NCBI GenBank assembly: GCA_963796285.1
Contig: CAWCKW010000012.1
Location: forward strand, 992,001-1,056,000
Direction of reading: 5' to 3'
From: Nitrospirota bacterium
Lineage (GTDB): Bacteria; Nitrospirota; UBA9217
Length of the DNA: 64,000 nt
How positions within the stretch are numbered: the first letter of the stretch is position 1; the number at the start of each line of letters is the position of its first letter. Below are positions 20,766-31,765 of this stretch, piece by piece. The notes beneath the pieces were generated by a model. It was not told where the DNA came from and did no database searches. It saw only the letters and a program-made list of their open reading frames with translations. Made by a program: the position numbers and the translations under genes.

Positions 20766-21386
20766 CTAATTGTAACGTTCAAAACAGTCCTCGATCCACG
20801 TGGTATCCATCAGCCGGGTACGGCACCGTTCCGAGATGACGATCGACCGCAACTCGGTGAGCGCCCGGTCGAAATCCCGGTTGACAATTATATAGTCATA
20901 CATGGCGTAGTCCCTGATCTCTTCACGCGACCGTTGCATCCGTTTCCTGATCTCGTCCTCGTGGTCGGACTTGCGGTTTCTGAGCCGTTCCTCGAGGATA
21001 TCGAGCGATGGCGGCATGATGAAGATGAATACCGCGGTATCGTACTTCGCCTTGATCTGCTTGGCCCCCTGCGTGTCGATATCAAGGATCACATCAAGGC
21101 CTTTCGAGATCAAGTCATCAAGCACGCGCCGTGAGGTGCCATAGAGGTTCGAGTGGACCTCGGCCCATTCCGCAAAATCGCCCGCCTGGATCATTTCCCG
21201 AAACCGCTCCTGGCTCACGAAATAGTAGTCCCTTCCATCGATCTCGCCGGGCCGCGGCTTGCGCGTTGCATAGGAGATCGAATGGGTAAGGTTCTCCAGC
21301 GAGTCGGTGATGGCCCTGCACAGGCTCGTTTTGCCTGCGCCTGAAGGCGCTGATACCACGAACAACAGCCCTTTTTTCCTCTTCAC
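20766..21386 (-). CDS. gmk: Guanylate kinase
   Basis: [26 protein letters not shown]; GTG start overlaps the remA stop. Confidence 0.96.
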   Translation of the reverse strand: MKRKKGLLFVVSAPSGAGKTSLCRAITDSLENLTHSISYATRKPRPGEIDGRDYYFVSQERFREMIQAGDFAEWAEVHSNLYGTSRRVLDDLISKGLDVILDIDTQGAKQIKAKYDTAVFIFIMPPSLDILEERLRNRKSDHEDEIRKRMQRSREEIRDYAMYDYIIVNRDFDRALTELRSIVISERCRTRLMDTTWIEDCFERYN

Positions 21387-21634
21387 GGTCCACTCCCGCT
21401 GGAAAATCTCTGCATCAGGGTCTCGACCTGTACGGCAGAGAGAATGACATGGTCGCTGTCGGTGATGATGATCGCCCGGGTCTTTCTCCCCTGGGTGGCA
21501 TCGAGCAGCCGCTTCTGCTCTTTCGCTTCTTCCTTGAGCCGGCGCATGGGCGCCGAGTCGGGCGAGAGGACCGCAACGACCTTTGTCGCCATCACCATGT
21601 TGCCGTATCCGATATTGACGAGGTTGTTTACCAT
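21383..21634 (-). CDS. remA: RemA/DUF370 family protein
   Basis: NIGYGN...SAP...DATQGRKTR...DSDHVILS. Confidence 0.93.
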   Translation of the reverse strand: MVNNLVNIGYGNMVMATKVVAVLSPDSAPMRRLKEEAKEQKRLLDATQGRKTRAIIITDSDHVILSAVQVETLMQRFSSGSGP

Positions 21635-21663
21635 GGATCATCCTAAGAGCAAGAATCGTTCGT

Positions 21664-21830
21664 ACAATGGCCAAGAAGAGGGCCACACTGAGCCGTAAGG
21701 AACGCGCAATAAAACAGAAAAGTTTGTTACCGGCTTCCTCATTTTAGCGATACGATTGACTAGATCAAGCGCTATTTTTTCTCTGTGATACTAGCACTGC
21801 GAACCTTTACTTATGTCCTCTGTGGTTAAA
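21664..21830. repeat. Second copy of the 30-bp dispersed repeat plus 9-mer arm remnant
   Basis: ACAATGGCCAAGAAGAGGGCCACACTGAGCC; downstream CTCTGTG...TCCTCTGTGGTTAAA. Confidence 0.55.
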
Positions 21831-21844
21831 TGCTATTCGGGGGA

Positions 21845-22727
21845 TCACTCGATGTTCTGTACCTGTTCGCGTATCTTCTCCAGTTCGGCCTTGACATTCA
21901 CTACATCCATGGATATCTGCGCGTCCATTGCCTTTGATGCGATGGTGTTCACTTCCCGTCCCATCTCCTGCAGCAGAAAATCGAGTTTCCTTCCCACGGC
22001 CTCACGCGTGGAACCGCCCAGCAATGACCGGAATTGCGTCATGTGGCACGCAAGACGGGTGAGCTCCTCGGTAACGTCCGTACGCTCCGCAAGGACCGCT
22101 ATTTCCTGCGCCAGCCTGACCGGATCAGGCTGTTCGGTCAGCAGTCTGTTCAGGGTCTCCGTCATTCGCTTGCGGGCGTTCTCGACGGTAACAGGCGTGC
22201 GAGAGGTGATGGCCTGGATCGCGCGTTCACTGGTATCGAGGCGCTCCCTGATATCCTGGGACAGTAGAGCTCCCTCTTCCCCGCGCATCCGATCGAGTTC
22301 ATCAAGCGCCTGCGACATGCCTGTCGACAACAGCTGCCAGAGGGCCTCCGGGTCGTCCTTTACGTCGGTCATCGTGATGAGGTCCGGCAAACCGGCCACC
22401 AGCGAGAGATCCGCATCGCCGCTCAACCCGAACCGCGTTTTCAGGTCCTTCAGGATGCCGATATACTGCGCCGCCAATGTCTCGTTCACGGCAAGCCGGC
22501 CGGCACGTTCGTGCTCGCTGTTCCGGGCAATAGAGACATCGAACCGTCCCCGGGAAAAACGCTCCTGCACGGTCTTTTTCACCCGTGACTCCAGGACGGC
22601 AAGTCCCCGGGGTATCTTTACCTGAACATCAAGATAACGGTTGTTCAGCGAGCGGATCTCAATGGAAAAATGACCGCCTGTCATCGCCCGCTTCCGTCCG
22701 GCCATATCCTGTCATGCTGCGTATCAT
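21845..22727 (-). CDS. yicC: YicC/YloC family endoribonuclease (5' indel)
   Basis: MIRSMTGYG from ATG 22727; SLNNRYLD; GRKLDFLLQEMGRE; REQVQNIE. Confidence 0.93.
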
Positions 22728-22810
22728 CGATAATTAACTCTACCTAATCCGGATAAGCCGGAATATATAGTACGCTTCGTCACCCACATTGTCAAACAAT
22801 CCATACTGCA

Positions 22811-23210
22811 CTAGAACTTTCTCGTATAATCCTCTTCAACGATCGGCTCAAAATGGAACGTCCTGACGGTATATGGCGGATAGATGTCAAAAAAGAAATG
22901 GACCTCGACATCCCATGCCGTGCCGATCTTCATGCGGTGGGTGTCTCATCGCGCATCAATTTAAAATCGTCCGGTCCGAGCGGAAGGCCGAGTTCCTTTG
23001 CCCTCTTTGCAAGACTGTTGTGATATCCGCGTCAGTCAAGGTCTGCGCAAAACGGGCCTTCCCGACCATTTCATCCTTCATCGCTTCCGAATCAATGTAC
23101 AATGGCACCAGTTTAACGCCTATATGAATGACGATAAATAAAACCAGAAAGATAAACAGCACCTTAAAACTGACCATTCCGTTGTCCTTCGATAACGTTG
23201 ACACTGTCAT
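22811..23210 (-). CDS. DUF4845-like membrane-anchored protein (indels)
   Basis: Pilin-like N-terminal TM followed by KLVPLYID; directly downstream of lepB. Confidence 0.6.
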
Positions 23211-23221
23211 CCCCTCCGTTT

Positions 23222-23938
23222 TTATCGTATCAGCATCCCTATCCGTTCCCACCGCACCCAGCGGTCGTCTCCATCCCATGACCAGTAGATAATGAGCGCC
23301 CTGCCGAGGATCTTGTCATACTTTACAAATCCCCAGAACCGGCTGTCCTGGCTGTTGTCGCGGTTATCTCCCATCACAAATACCGATTCTGCCGGCACCA
23401 GCTTGGGTCCGAAATCATAATTCGACTGGTCGCGAAGATATTGAATATCGTGTTTGACGATTCCGAGCTGCTCTTCAAAGAGCCTCGGTTTTTCATAATA
23501 GTGTGAACCCGTACCCTGTTCTCTTTCCTCGAACGCGCCCCGCGCGATGATCGGCACCGGCTGGTCGTTGATGAACAGTCCTGCCATTTTTTATTTCGAT
23601 CTTGTCCCCCGGAACACCGACGACGCGCTTGATAAAGTTCTTCGATTCGTTCTCCGGATACTTGAATACGATAATTTCGCCGCGCTTCGGCTCTTTCCAC
23701 GTGAAGATCCTGGTGTCGGTAAAGGGTATCCGCGGACCGTAGACGAACTTGTTCACCAGCAGGTGATCGCCGATGTCGAGCGTCGGGATCATCGATCCCG
23801 ACGGTATCTTGAACGCCTCGACAACAAACTGTCTGATGAACAGGGCAACGACCGCCGCGATGAGGAACGGTTCGACCCACTCCTTAAAAAATGACCTGTG
23901 CTTCACTTCCTGGTTTCTCTCTGCGTCTCCGACATCAT
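23222..23938 (-). CDS. lepB: Signal peptidase I (indels)
   Basis: FKIPSGSM, GDHLLVNK, FIKRVVG.PGD, MGDNRDNSQDSRFWG. Confidence 0.93.
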
Positions 23939-24035
23939 TCCTCCCTAATCATTGAACGCAGATCGCAATAGATCATAAACTCGTTTCTGTTGAACATGGT
24001 TCAAGTTCAATTTTCAAGCTACAATCCACTGCTAA

Positions 24036-25854
24036 TTACTCTCCCACCTTCAAGACGGCAAGGAAAGCCTCCTGCGGAAGCTCAACGCTGCCGACCTGTT
24101 TCATCCGTTTCTTGCCTTCTTTCTGTTTTTCGAGAAGCTTGCGTTTTCTCGTGATATCGCCGCCGTAGCATTTCGCGGTCACGTCCTTGCGGAGCGCTCT
24201 GACCGTCTCACGCGCGATGATCTTTGCGCCGATCGCTGCCTGGATGATCACTTCATACAGCTGTCGCGGGATCACTTCCTTGAGCTTCTCCGCAAGCTGC
24301 CTGCCGCGGACCGCGGCCTTGTCGCGATGGGTGATGAGCGACAGGGCATCCACGGGCTCGCCGTTCATCAGCATATCGAGTTTCACGAGATCGGACTCCA
24401 CATAGCCCGACAGTTCATAATCGAGCGAGGCATATCCCTTGGTCAGGGATTTGAGCCGGTCATAGAAGTCCATCACGATCTCGTTCAGCGGAAGATCGTA
24501 GGTGATCCGCACCCGGTCCTTGGTGATATATGCGATCTCCCTCTGGATGCCGCGCCGCTCCTGACACAAGGCGATAAGCGACCCCACGTACTGCTCCGGC
24601 GTGATGAGCGAGGCCACGATCATCGGCTCCTCGATACGCTGGATATCCTGGATGTCCGGCAATCTTGGCGGGATTGTCCACCATCACGATGCTCGCCGTC
24701 GTTCTTGGTCACCCGGTAAACGACCGTCGGCGCCGTGGGGATCAGGTCGAGCTTGAATTCCCGCTCGAGCCGTTCCTTAATGATGTCCATGTGCAGCAGG
24801 CCAAGAAAACCGCACCGGAAGCCGAATCCCAGCGCAAGCGACGTTTCCGGCTCATAGGTGAACGACGAGTCGTTCAACCGCAGTTTTTCAAGGGCGTCGC
24901 GCAGATCGGCATAGCCGTCGCTGTCCACCGGGTAGATGCCGGCGAAGACCATGGGCTTCACGTCTTTGTAACCCGGAAGCGGCGCGTCCGCAGGACGATC
25001 GGCATCCATGACCGTATCGCCGATCTTGGCATCCGCAGACCCGCTTGATGCCGGCGATGATGCATCCCACCTCGCCCTGCGACAATTCCGTTATCTGCTG
25101 CATCTTCGGCGTGTAAACACCCCGACGGACTGCACTTCATAGACCGCGGAATTCGAGTAACAGCCTGATCTTCTGCTTCGGACGCACGATCCCGTCCACT
25201 ACCCGGACCAGGATGACCACCCCCTGGTACGTGTCATACCAGGAATCGAACAACAGCGCCCTGAGCGGCGCATCGGGGTCTCCCGGAGGTGCCGGGATGT
25301 TCTTCACGATCGACTCAAGGATCTCGTGGATGCCGATCCCCGCTTTGGCGCTCGCGGTAATGGCGCCCGAGGCGTCAAGTCCGATCGAATTCTTCGATCT
25401 GGTGCTTCGCCTCTTCGATGTTCGCGCTCGGCAGATCGATCTTGTTGATCACCGGGATGATCTCAAGGTTGTGATCGATCGCAAGGTACGCGTTGGCCAG
25501 CGTCTGCGCTTCCACCCCCTGTGAGGCGTCCACCACGAGGAGCGCGCCCTCGCATGCCGCCATGCTTCGCGAGACCTCGTAGGTAAAATCGACATGCCCC
25601 GGCGTGTCGATCAGGTTCAGGATATAGTCCTGGCCGTCAGATGCCTTGTAGCTGAGACGCACGGCGTGGGCTTTGATGGTGATGCCGCGCTCGCGCTCAA
25701 GGTCCATGTCGTCCAGCACCTGGTTGCTGCCCGCGGCCGACATCTCCCGGTCAGAAAGCGCTCCGGTAAATTCGAGGATCCTGTCGGCAAGAGTTGACTT
25801 GCCGTGGTCGATATGCGCGATGATGCAAAAGTTCCTGATATGCGTGCTTGCCAT
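24036..25854 (-). CDS. lepA: Elongation factor 4 (several indels)
   Basis: [50 protein letters not shown]. Confidence 0.95.
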
Positions 25855-25863
25855 AATCTATAT

Positions 25864-25965
25864 CAAATTCCAAATCTCAAATGACAAATCGCGCATACTT
25901 TAAACATCGTAATTTCTAAACAAGTTGATATCTGATATGCGAACGTTAGGATTGATTTGTCATTG
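25864..25965. repeat. Inverted heptamer-repeat element
   Basis: CAAATTC CAAATCT CAAATGA CAAATCG; inverted arm GATTTGTCATTG at 25954-25965. Confidence 0.7.
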
Positions 25966-25985
25966 AGTGCCTGTTAACTTGGTAT

Positions 25986-26949
25986 TCATCCTTCCCTTAG
26001 CTGTATCTTCTGTAATGCCCCTGCCGCAGCGCCGATCATTCCCGCATCATCACCGAGCAGTGACGGAACGATCTCGGTCCGCTCGGCGGGCACCTGAAAG
26101 GCCCGCCTCATGATCTCCTCGTGCGTAGCCCCGATAAAAAGGTCCCAGGCCTCCTTGACACCGCCGCCGAGTCACGATCATTTGGGGATTAAAGATATTG
26201 ATCAGGTTGGCGATGCCGATACCGAGCAGCCGCCCCATGTCCTTCATAACCCGCAAGGCGACGGTATCCCCGTTCCTCGCTGCCTGATAAACCATGTTCG
26301 GACGTGACCTCAGAAAGCCTGATTTACTTCTGTCATCCCCAAGGCTTCCCGATAACTTTGTACAATACCGCGCGCCGAGGCGTACATTTCAAGGCATCCG
26401 GTATTTCCGCATCCACAGGGTCGCCCGTCAGGGATCAGCGTCATATGGCCGATCTCCCCTGCCATCCCATCTGCGCCCTGCCAGATCTTATTATTGAGCG
26501 ATGATCCCGCCACCCACCCCGGTCCCGAGCGTCAGCAGGATCATGCTATCGATACCGCGGCCGGCCCCGCGCCACTGCTCTCCTAGGGCCGCCGCATTTG
26601 CGTCGTTCTCGATGATCACCGGGATACGGAGCGCCTTTTCCAATTCATCCCTGAGCGGTAGGTTGTTCCAGTCAGGGAAATTGGGCGATTTCACGACAAT
26701 ACCTTTGTCCATCTGTATAACGCCAGGCGCGCCTACACCGACCGCCATAACATGCAGTCCTCGTTGGACGGCAATTTCCCGCTGCCGCGTAATATTGTCA
26801 ACCAGACGGGCGACGACTATTTTCCAGCCATCCGCAGCGTGCGTGGCCTCTTTGCGTTTGTCGAGAATGTCCCCGTCGGTGCTCAAGAGCGCCGTCCTTA
26901 AGTTCGTCCCGCCGAGGTCCACGCCGATTACTACCTGGCCCACGCTCAC
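25986..26949 (-). CDS. glk: ROK-family glucokinase (indels)
   Basis: GVDLGGT, ENDANAAALGE, TLGTGVGGG, GEIGH...CGCGNTGCLE, LGDDAGMIGAA. Confidence 0.88.
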
Positions 26950-27062
26950 CCTCCGTAACTGCTCAAATTCATAGGATATTCGTAAAGTTTTGCATGATAA
27001 CATAGTGCAGCAAGAATGTAAATAAGATTGTTGTCACCGGGCATCAACTGAAAAAGGAATGG

Positions 27063-27471
27063 TCAGAATTGAATAATGAGATAAGCCCATTGCGCAAGCA
27101 GAATCATGACCGCTCCCGCCCTCATGAAATTTTTCTCTTTATCGGCTAGGAGGAAGTTGATGCGGGGAAGATCAAATGCCACGCTCATAAGGCTGGAAAT
27201 AAAATACACGATTGCCGCCATCAGGCACAAGGTGGTCAGGGGATTCATGGCAAACGCAGACAGGATATCGCCATGAGACTAAATGCACCACCGACCTCGT
27301 AGAACCACAGGTGGGACAGGGGATCCCGGTCAGTCCTTTGAATACGCAGTCCGGCGCGAACGAGAGAATAGGCAGCAACCGGCCAACGCCCAGCATCAAG
27401 AGCGCAATCCCCCCGTAGATGATGCCGAATTCTATCTGGTTCGATGACTTCTTTTTCAAGTTCAAGCGCAT
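27063..27471 (-). CDS. DUF2752-like membrane protein (indel)
   Basis: CVFKGLTGIPCPTCGSTRS...MNPL. Confidence 0.8.
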
Positions 27472-27486
27472 GCCGGCGGTCTCACA

Positions 27487-28248
27487 TCACTTATACAGAT
27501 GCATCATGGCGCCGAACGATGAGGCGATAGCACCCATGAACAGAACAGCCGCCAGAAGCATTGCCCCGCAGCAGAACAGAAAAGGGAAAAAAACGGCAAC
27601 GGTCGCCTTGCCGCCGGTGGTTTCATGCGCTTCCCTGAGCCCGATCACGATGAGCGTCAGCATCCAGAGCATCGTGATCAGCATGCCGCAGTATGGAATG
27701 ACCATGAACAGAAAGGGCGATACACTGTAACTAGTCACACGAAAAGTCGCCTCAAAACCGGCCTTCGCGCCGCGGACCATCATGAGAAAAAGGTGGAGCA
27801 TTCCGGACACGATGAACAGCCAGATGATGAGCAGGAACGGCATCATGACCATTCCCAAAGGTGATGCGATACCATTTGACATGCCACGACCGGCCGCGTC
27901 CCTCATCTCAGATGTCATGATTCTCTGCATCGAGTCATGAAGCACGAGATCCCAGATGGAAAGGAACATCAACCCCACCATGCCGATGATCATGGCGAAG
28001 AGCAACGGATCGGTCAGACCTCCGGTCACCGCCATCTTCCTGAAAAAATCAGACGGGCTCAAAAGCGCGTTCTTCGCGGTACTGAAGATACCGCTGAAAT
28101 ATCCGTTCGCTGCCCGGTCTTCCCACGGCGTTTTGCATCTCCCGCCACCAGGAGAACCTGTTCCTCCCTCAGCAACAAGCCGGAAACCGCACTGTTGACA
28201 AAAAATCTGGCCTTCTGTAATTCCATTACCACAGTGTGGACAAAACAC
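27487..28248 (-). CDS. YIP1 family protein with N-terminal zinc ribbon
   Basis: MFCPHCG...FCQQCG, PWE motif, P..FF, five TM helices. Confidence 0.82.
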   Translation of the reverse strand: MFCPHCGNGITEGQIFCQQCGFRLVAEGGTGSPGGGRCKTPWEDRAANGYFSGIFSTAKNALLSPSDFFRKMAVTGGLTDPLLFAMIIGMVGLMFLSIWDLVLHDSMQRIMTSEMRDAAGRGMSNGIASPLGMVMMPFLLIIWLFIVSGMLHLFLMMVRGAKAGFEATFRVTSYSVSPFLFMVIPYCGMLITMLWMLTLIVIGLREAHETTGGKATVAVFFPFLFCCGAMLLAAVLFMGAIASSFGAMMHLYK

Positions 28249-28638
28249 GCAACCTCCTTACACCGGAAACCCTAAAAATGTTTTATCTGGCCGGAATGGT
28301 CAGACGGAAGCCAGGAGTATCGTCACTCCTTCGAATGGACTTCTTCTCCCCGGAGGTCCCTCAGCTTATCCTTATATTACTGTATCTTAAGCTATTGAGA
28401 TGGCAATGATAAAGACAAGAAGCATCAAAGGCTGTCAATGTCGTGCGCAAGTCACCTCCTGGAACTGGCGAACTCCCGCAAAACGTGCAATAAAAAAACC
28501 GCCCAAGGCGATTTGTGAAGAAATCTTATACTATCCAGCCCGTATTGTCAATTTGAATCATTTTCCTGCGGCATCTTCAGCCTACAAAGATCATCAGCAA
28601 CATGCTCAGACGATTCACGTATCCGGTGAGGGGAGGTA

Positions 28639-29130
28639 TCAGGCACTTCCGCATTCGCGAAGGTCCCCGTTGATCTTTTCGATCGCATGAGGAAGTGCAG
28701 GAAGGATGACGGCAAGGTTCTCACGCACGGCCCTGGGGCTGCCAGGCAAGTTCACGATCAGGGTCCGCTTGCGGATGCCCGTGATGGCCCTGGAGATCAT
28801 GGCATGGGGGGTCTTCTTGAGACTCTCTGCGCGCATGGCCTCGGCCATGCCGGGCAATTCCCGTTCGATAACCTCTCGCGTGGCCTCGGGTGTCACATCG
28901 CGGGGCGACACGCCTGTGCCGCCCGTGGTGAGAATAAGGTCGATCGTTCCGGAATCTGACAGGCGGCTCAGGACTTCGACAATGCCCGGTTTCTCATCGG
29001 GAAGGACCTCATAATGACTAACGGAAGCGCCAATGCTCATGATCATCTCTCGGATGATCATGCCACTTTCGTCCTCTCTCTCACCCTTTGAGCCTTTGTC
29101 ACTCAGGGTTATAATTGCGGCGCGAAACAT
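28639..29130 (-). CDS. mog: Molybdopterin adenylyltransferase (MogA/MoaB)
   Basis: TLSDK, TTGGTG..PRDVTPEAT, SRA, NLPGSP. Confidence 0.92.
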   Translation of the reverse strand: MFRAAIITLSDKGSKGEREDESGMIIREMIMSIGASVSHYEVLPDEKPGIVEVLSRLSDSGTIDLILTTGGTGVSPRDVTPEATREVIERELPGMAEAMRAESLKKTPHAMISRAITGIRKRTLIVNLPGSPRAVRENLAVILPALPHAIEKINGDLRECGSA

Positions 29131-29250
29131 GTTTCGGTCACCTCACTCTCCGGCCCGCTGACGACCACCTGGTTACGCTCTGATTGCTTGGCCCCTCATA
29201 GAGCTCGGCCTGCTGCTTTGTGAATCCTGTTGGGCAACCGGAGACATGGG

Positions 29251-29442
29251 TCAACTGCACAAATGCTGATCCTCAATATGGATCGCCGAGGCGAAAGCAC
29301 CCACGGTTTGTTCCGAGATGCGGATCGTATCCAACTGCATGTTCTGGATATCGTTATGCATATAAACGCCGATCATAAAGGGGATGAAGAGCGAACGCGA
29401 TAGGACGATCTTCGCATCGAATCTATTTCGAATACGTAACAT
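29251..29442 (-). pseudogene. Possible gene fragment (N-terminal TM of a membrane sensor-like protein)
   Basis: Short ORF starting 7 nt after the tldD stop, with a basic N-terminus, a hydrophobic stretch and an early stop. Confidence 0.25.
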
Positions 29443-29449
29443 ACGCAGG

Positions 29450-30835
29450 TCATCTCACTTCACCGCCCACCGTGATCTCGGGTATCCGAAGCGTCGGCTG
29501 GGCATCGCTTACCGGCGACCCCTGCCCGTCTTTGCCGCAGGTCCCTATCGAGAACCCGAGATCGGAGCCCACCCGGTCGATCGAGAGAAGTACCTGCGGT
29601 CCATTTCCCGTAAGTGTGGCCCCGCGCACCAATTCACCGATCCTCCCGTTCTCGATCAGATATCCTTCGGTCACCTCGAACACAAAATCACCGTTCACCG
29701 TATTTACCTGCCCACCGCCCATCTTCTTTACAAAGAGACCGTTCGGCGTTGATCGCAGGATGTCCTCGGGATCGGCATCCCCTGGTACGATCATTGTATT
29801 CGTCATCCTCGGGATCGGCCGGTGTTTATAGGATTCGCGCCTTCCGTTCCCCGTGGACCTCGCTCCATCTTTCATGGCAGTCAGACGATCGTACATGAAT
29901 GTTTTCAAAATCCCTTCGTTCACCAGCACCGTGCGTTCCGCATGAACGCCTTCATCATCGAAACGGAACGACCCGCGCCGGCCTGGAAGCGTGGCGTCAT
30001 CCACAACGGTAATGAGCGGTGACGCGATCCGCTCTCCTCTTTTGTTCGAGTAAACCGACAGACCGGACTGGGCCAGGTCTGCCTCTAGCCCATGACCAAT
30101 GGCCTCGTGGATCATGGTGCCGCCCGCGTCAGCGGAAAGCACAACCGGCATTCTGCCGGCCGGCGCCTTTCTGGCGGACAGCATCATCACCGCGCGCCTG
30201 GCTGCTGTCTCGGCCGCCTTCTCAAGCGGGTACGCTTCAAAGAGCTCCATGCCGGCGATACCCCCGATCGGTTCGTATCCAGTCTGGACGACCTCTCCGT
30301 CCGCGGCCACGACATGGACAAGCGCGGTGAGATACATGCGTTCATCCCCGGCAAGAACACCATCAGAGTTTGCGATGAGGACGTGCTGCCTGTTTTCACG
30401 GTAGGTCACCATCGCCTGACGTATGCGCGGATCGAACGAGCGTGCGACCTTGTCCGCTCGAAGTACCATCTCTACTTTTCGGGAGGTTTCAACTTCTTCC
30501 GGGGCCTTTTTAACAGGCAGGTCAATACGCGGGTTTGCCTTGATCAGATTGATGATCGTCTGATGGCGGTCCCCCGCAGCGACCTGGCGTACAGCGTCGG
30601 CAATTTCCAGAAGTGACTCGGTCGTCAGTTCATTCGTGTATGCGTAAGCGGTCCGCTGTCCGAAAATGAGCCGTACGCCGGCGCCGCAGTCCAGCCCGGA
30701 CATGACCTTTTCAAGCCTGCTGTCCTCGCACACAAGTGAAAGCGGTGAGCTCCGTTCGATAAAAACGTCAGCGAACTCGCCGCCCCTGCTCAATGCTCTC
30801 TTCAGGACCGCGCCGAAATCAATAGGTATGTCCAA
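29450..30835 (-). CDS. tldD: TldD metalloprotease
   Basis: HEAIGHGLEAD, FDDEG, PRMTNT, CGKDGQ..PV. Confidence 0.95.
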   Translation of the reverse strand: MDIPIDFGAVLKRALSRGGEFADVFIERSSPLSLVCEDSRLEKVMSGLDCGAGVRLIFGQRTAYAYTNELTTESLLEIADAVRQVAAGDRHQTIINLIKANPRIDLPVKKAPEEVETSRKVEMVLRADKVARSFDPRIRQAMVTYRENRQHVLIANSDGVLAGDERMYLTALVHVVAADGEVVQTGYEPIGGIAGMELFEAYPLEKAAETAARRAVMMLSARKAPAGRMPVVLSADAGGTMIHEAIGHGLEADLAQSGLSVYSNKRGERIASPLITVVDDATLPGRRGSFRFDDEGVHAERTVLVNEGILKTFMYDRLTAMKDGARSTGNGRRESYKHRPIPRMTNTMIVPGDADPEDILRSTPNGLFVKKMGGGQVNTVNGDFVFEVTEGYLIENGRIGELVRGATLTGNGPQVLLSIDRVGSDLGFSIGTCGKDGQGSPVSDAQPTLRIPEITVGGEVR

Positions 30836-31074
30836 TGGTTCTCCTCTACCCAGTAGAACGCCGTGATGTTCTCACGGCAGTTGTAATCGCTTATTATAGT
30901 ACACTGACCAGGGCATTTCAACGAATATCGAGCATTGAAAAAGTCTTTTAAGCAGTAACCTCCCGCGAATCAATTTAAAATGGCATATTTCTGTGCAGAG
31001 CTAGAGGTTATATGTTACATACCGAGCATCGTTGATCGTATTCATATGATTAGTAGCAAAATGCGGCCTGTTCT

Positions 31075-31152
31075 GTCACCACCCTTAACGAAGTCAAGGG
31101 CTCTTGCAATTCATTTGGAAATACAAGGTGTCTTGCTGCGTTCAGCTTGACA
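31075..31152. repeat. Degenerate palindromic REP/MITE-like element
   Basis: TGTCACC..TTAACGAAGTCAAGGG ... CTTGCTGCGTTCAGCTTGACA with TGTCA/TGACA termini. Confidence 0.45.
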
Positions 31153-31276
31153 AATTCGTCGTTCGTTTGGCCTTTGAGACCACCATCAGACAAAGCCTTT
31201 TTTCCTGTTGACAAAATAGTAAATAGCGGATAATCTTTTGATAAATTCGAGAAAGACACATAGAAAATACTATCAG

Positions 31277-31648
31277 ATGAAGCACACGAAAATACTTATT
31301 GCGGATGATAATGAGAATATCCGTGAAGCGCTCACATACCTCCTCGAGGATGAAGGATATACGTTGTCGGTAGCAAAAGACGGCGGCGAGGCGCTCAGAA
31401 AGGTCAGAGAGGTCACTCCCGACATCCTGTTCCTCGACATTATGATGCCGGAGATCAACGGCTATGATGTCTGCCGCACTATCAAGAACGACCCTGACCT
31501 AAAAAAAACCTACGTCATTATGCTGACCGCCAAAGGTCAGGGGGACGAGCAAGAGCGGTGCAAGGAGATTGGAGCTGACGAATATGTCGTAAAACCTTTC
31601 AGCCCAATGGAAATACTTGCCAAGATCAATGATATCCTGGATAAGTAG
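31277..31648 (+). CDS. Single-domain response regulator
   Basis: ILIADD, LDIMMPEING, MLTAKG, KPF. Confidence 0.93.
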   Translation: MKHTKILIADDNENIREALTYLLEDEGYTLSVAKDGGEALRKVREVTPDILFLDIMMPEINGYDVCRTIKNDPDLKKTYVIMLTAKGQGDEQERCKEIGADEYVVKPFSPMEILAKINDILDK

Positions 31649-31765
31649 GAACGTTATGCCAACCTTGTTAAAACGGAGACTTGCCTGGCACTCCGCTCTG
31701 AAAGCGTCTTCCGTTCTTTCTTTTAACTGCTTGACAATTCTCCGCTTTGTGAAGTAAAGTATCGC

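Noticed and set aside
21387-21686. 100-aa N-terminal extension of Gmk in the ORF track
   Set aside because: Overlaps remA in another frame; the real start is GTG 21386
19076-27471. Dense frameshifts in coaBC, rpoZ, yicC, lepB, lepA and glk (also kinases, hyp/hydrogenase genes, ahcY, btuD) as pseudogenisation or programmed frameshifting
   Set aside because: They hit essential genes, protein similarity continues across each shift, and no shared slippery motif is evident. Best explained as long-read indel errors.
30980-30996. Sigma-54 promoter TGGCATATTTCTGTGC
   Set aside because: GG-to-GC spacing is one base off the strict -24/-12 requirement
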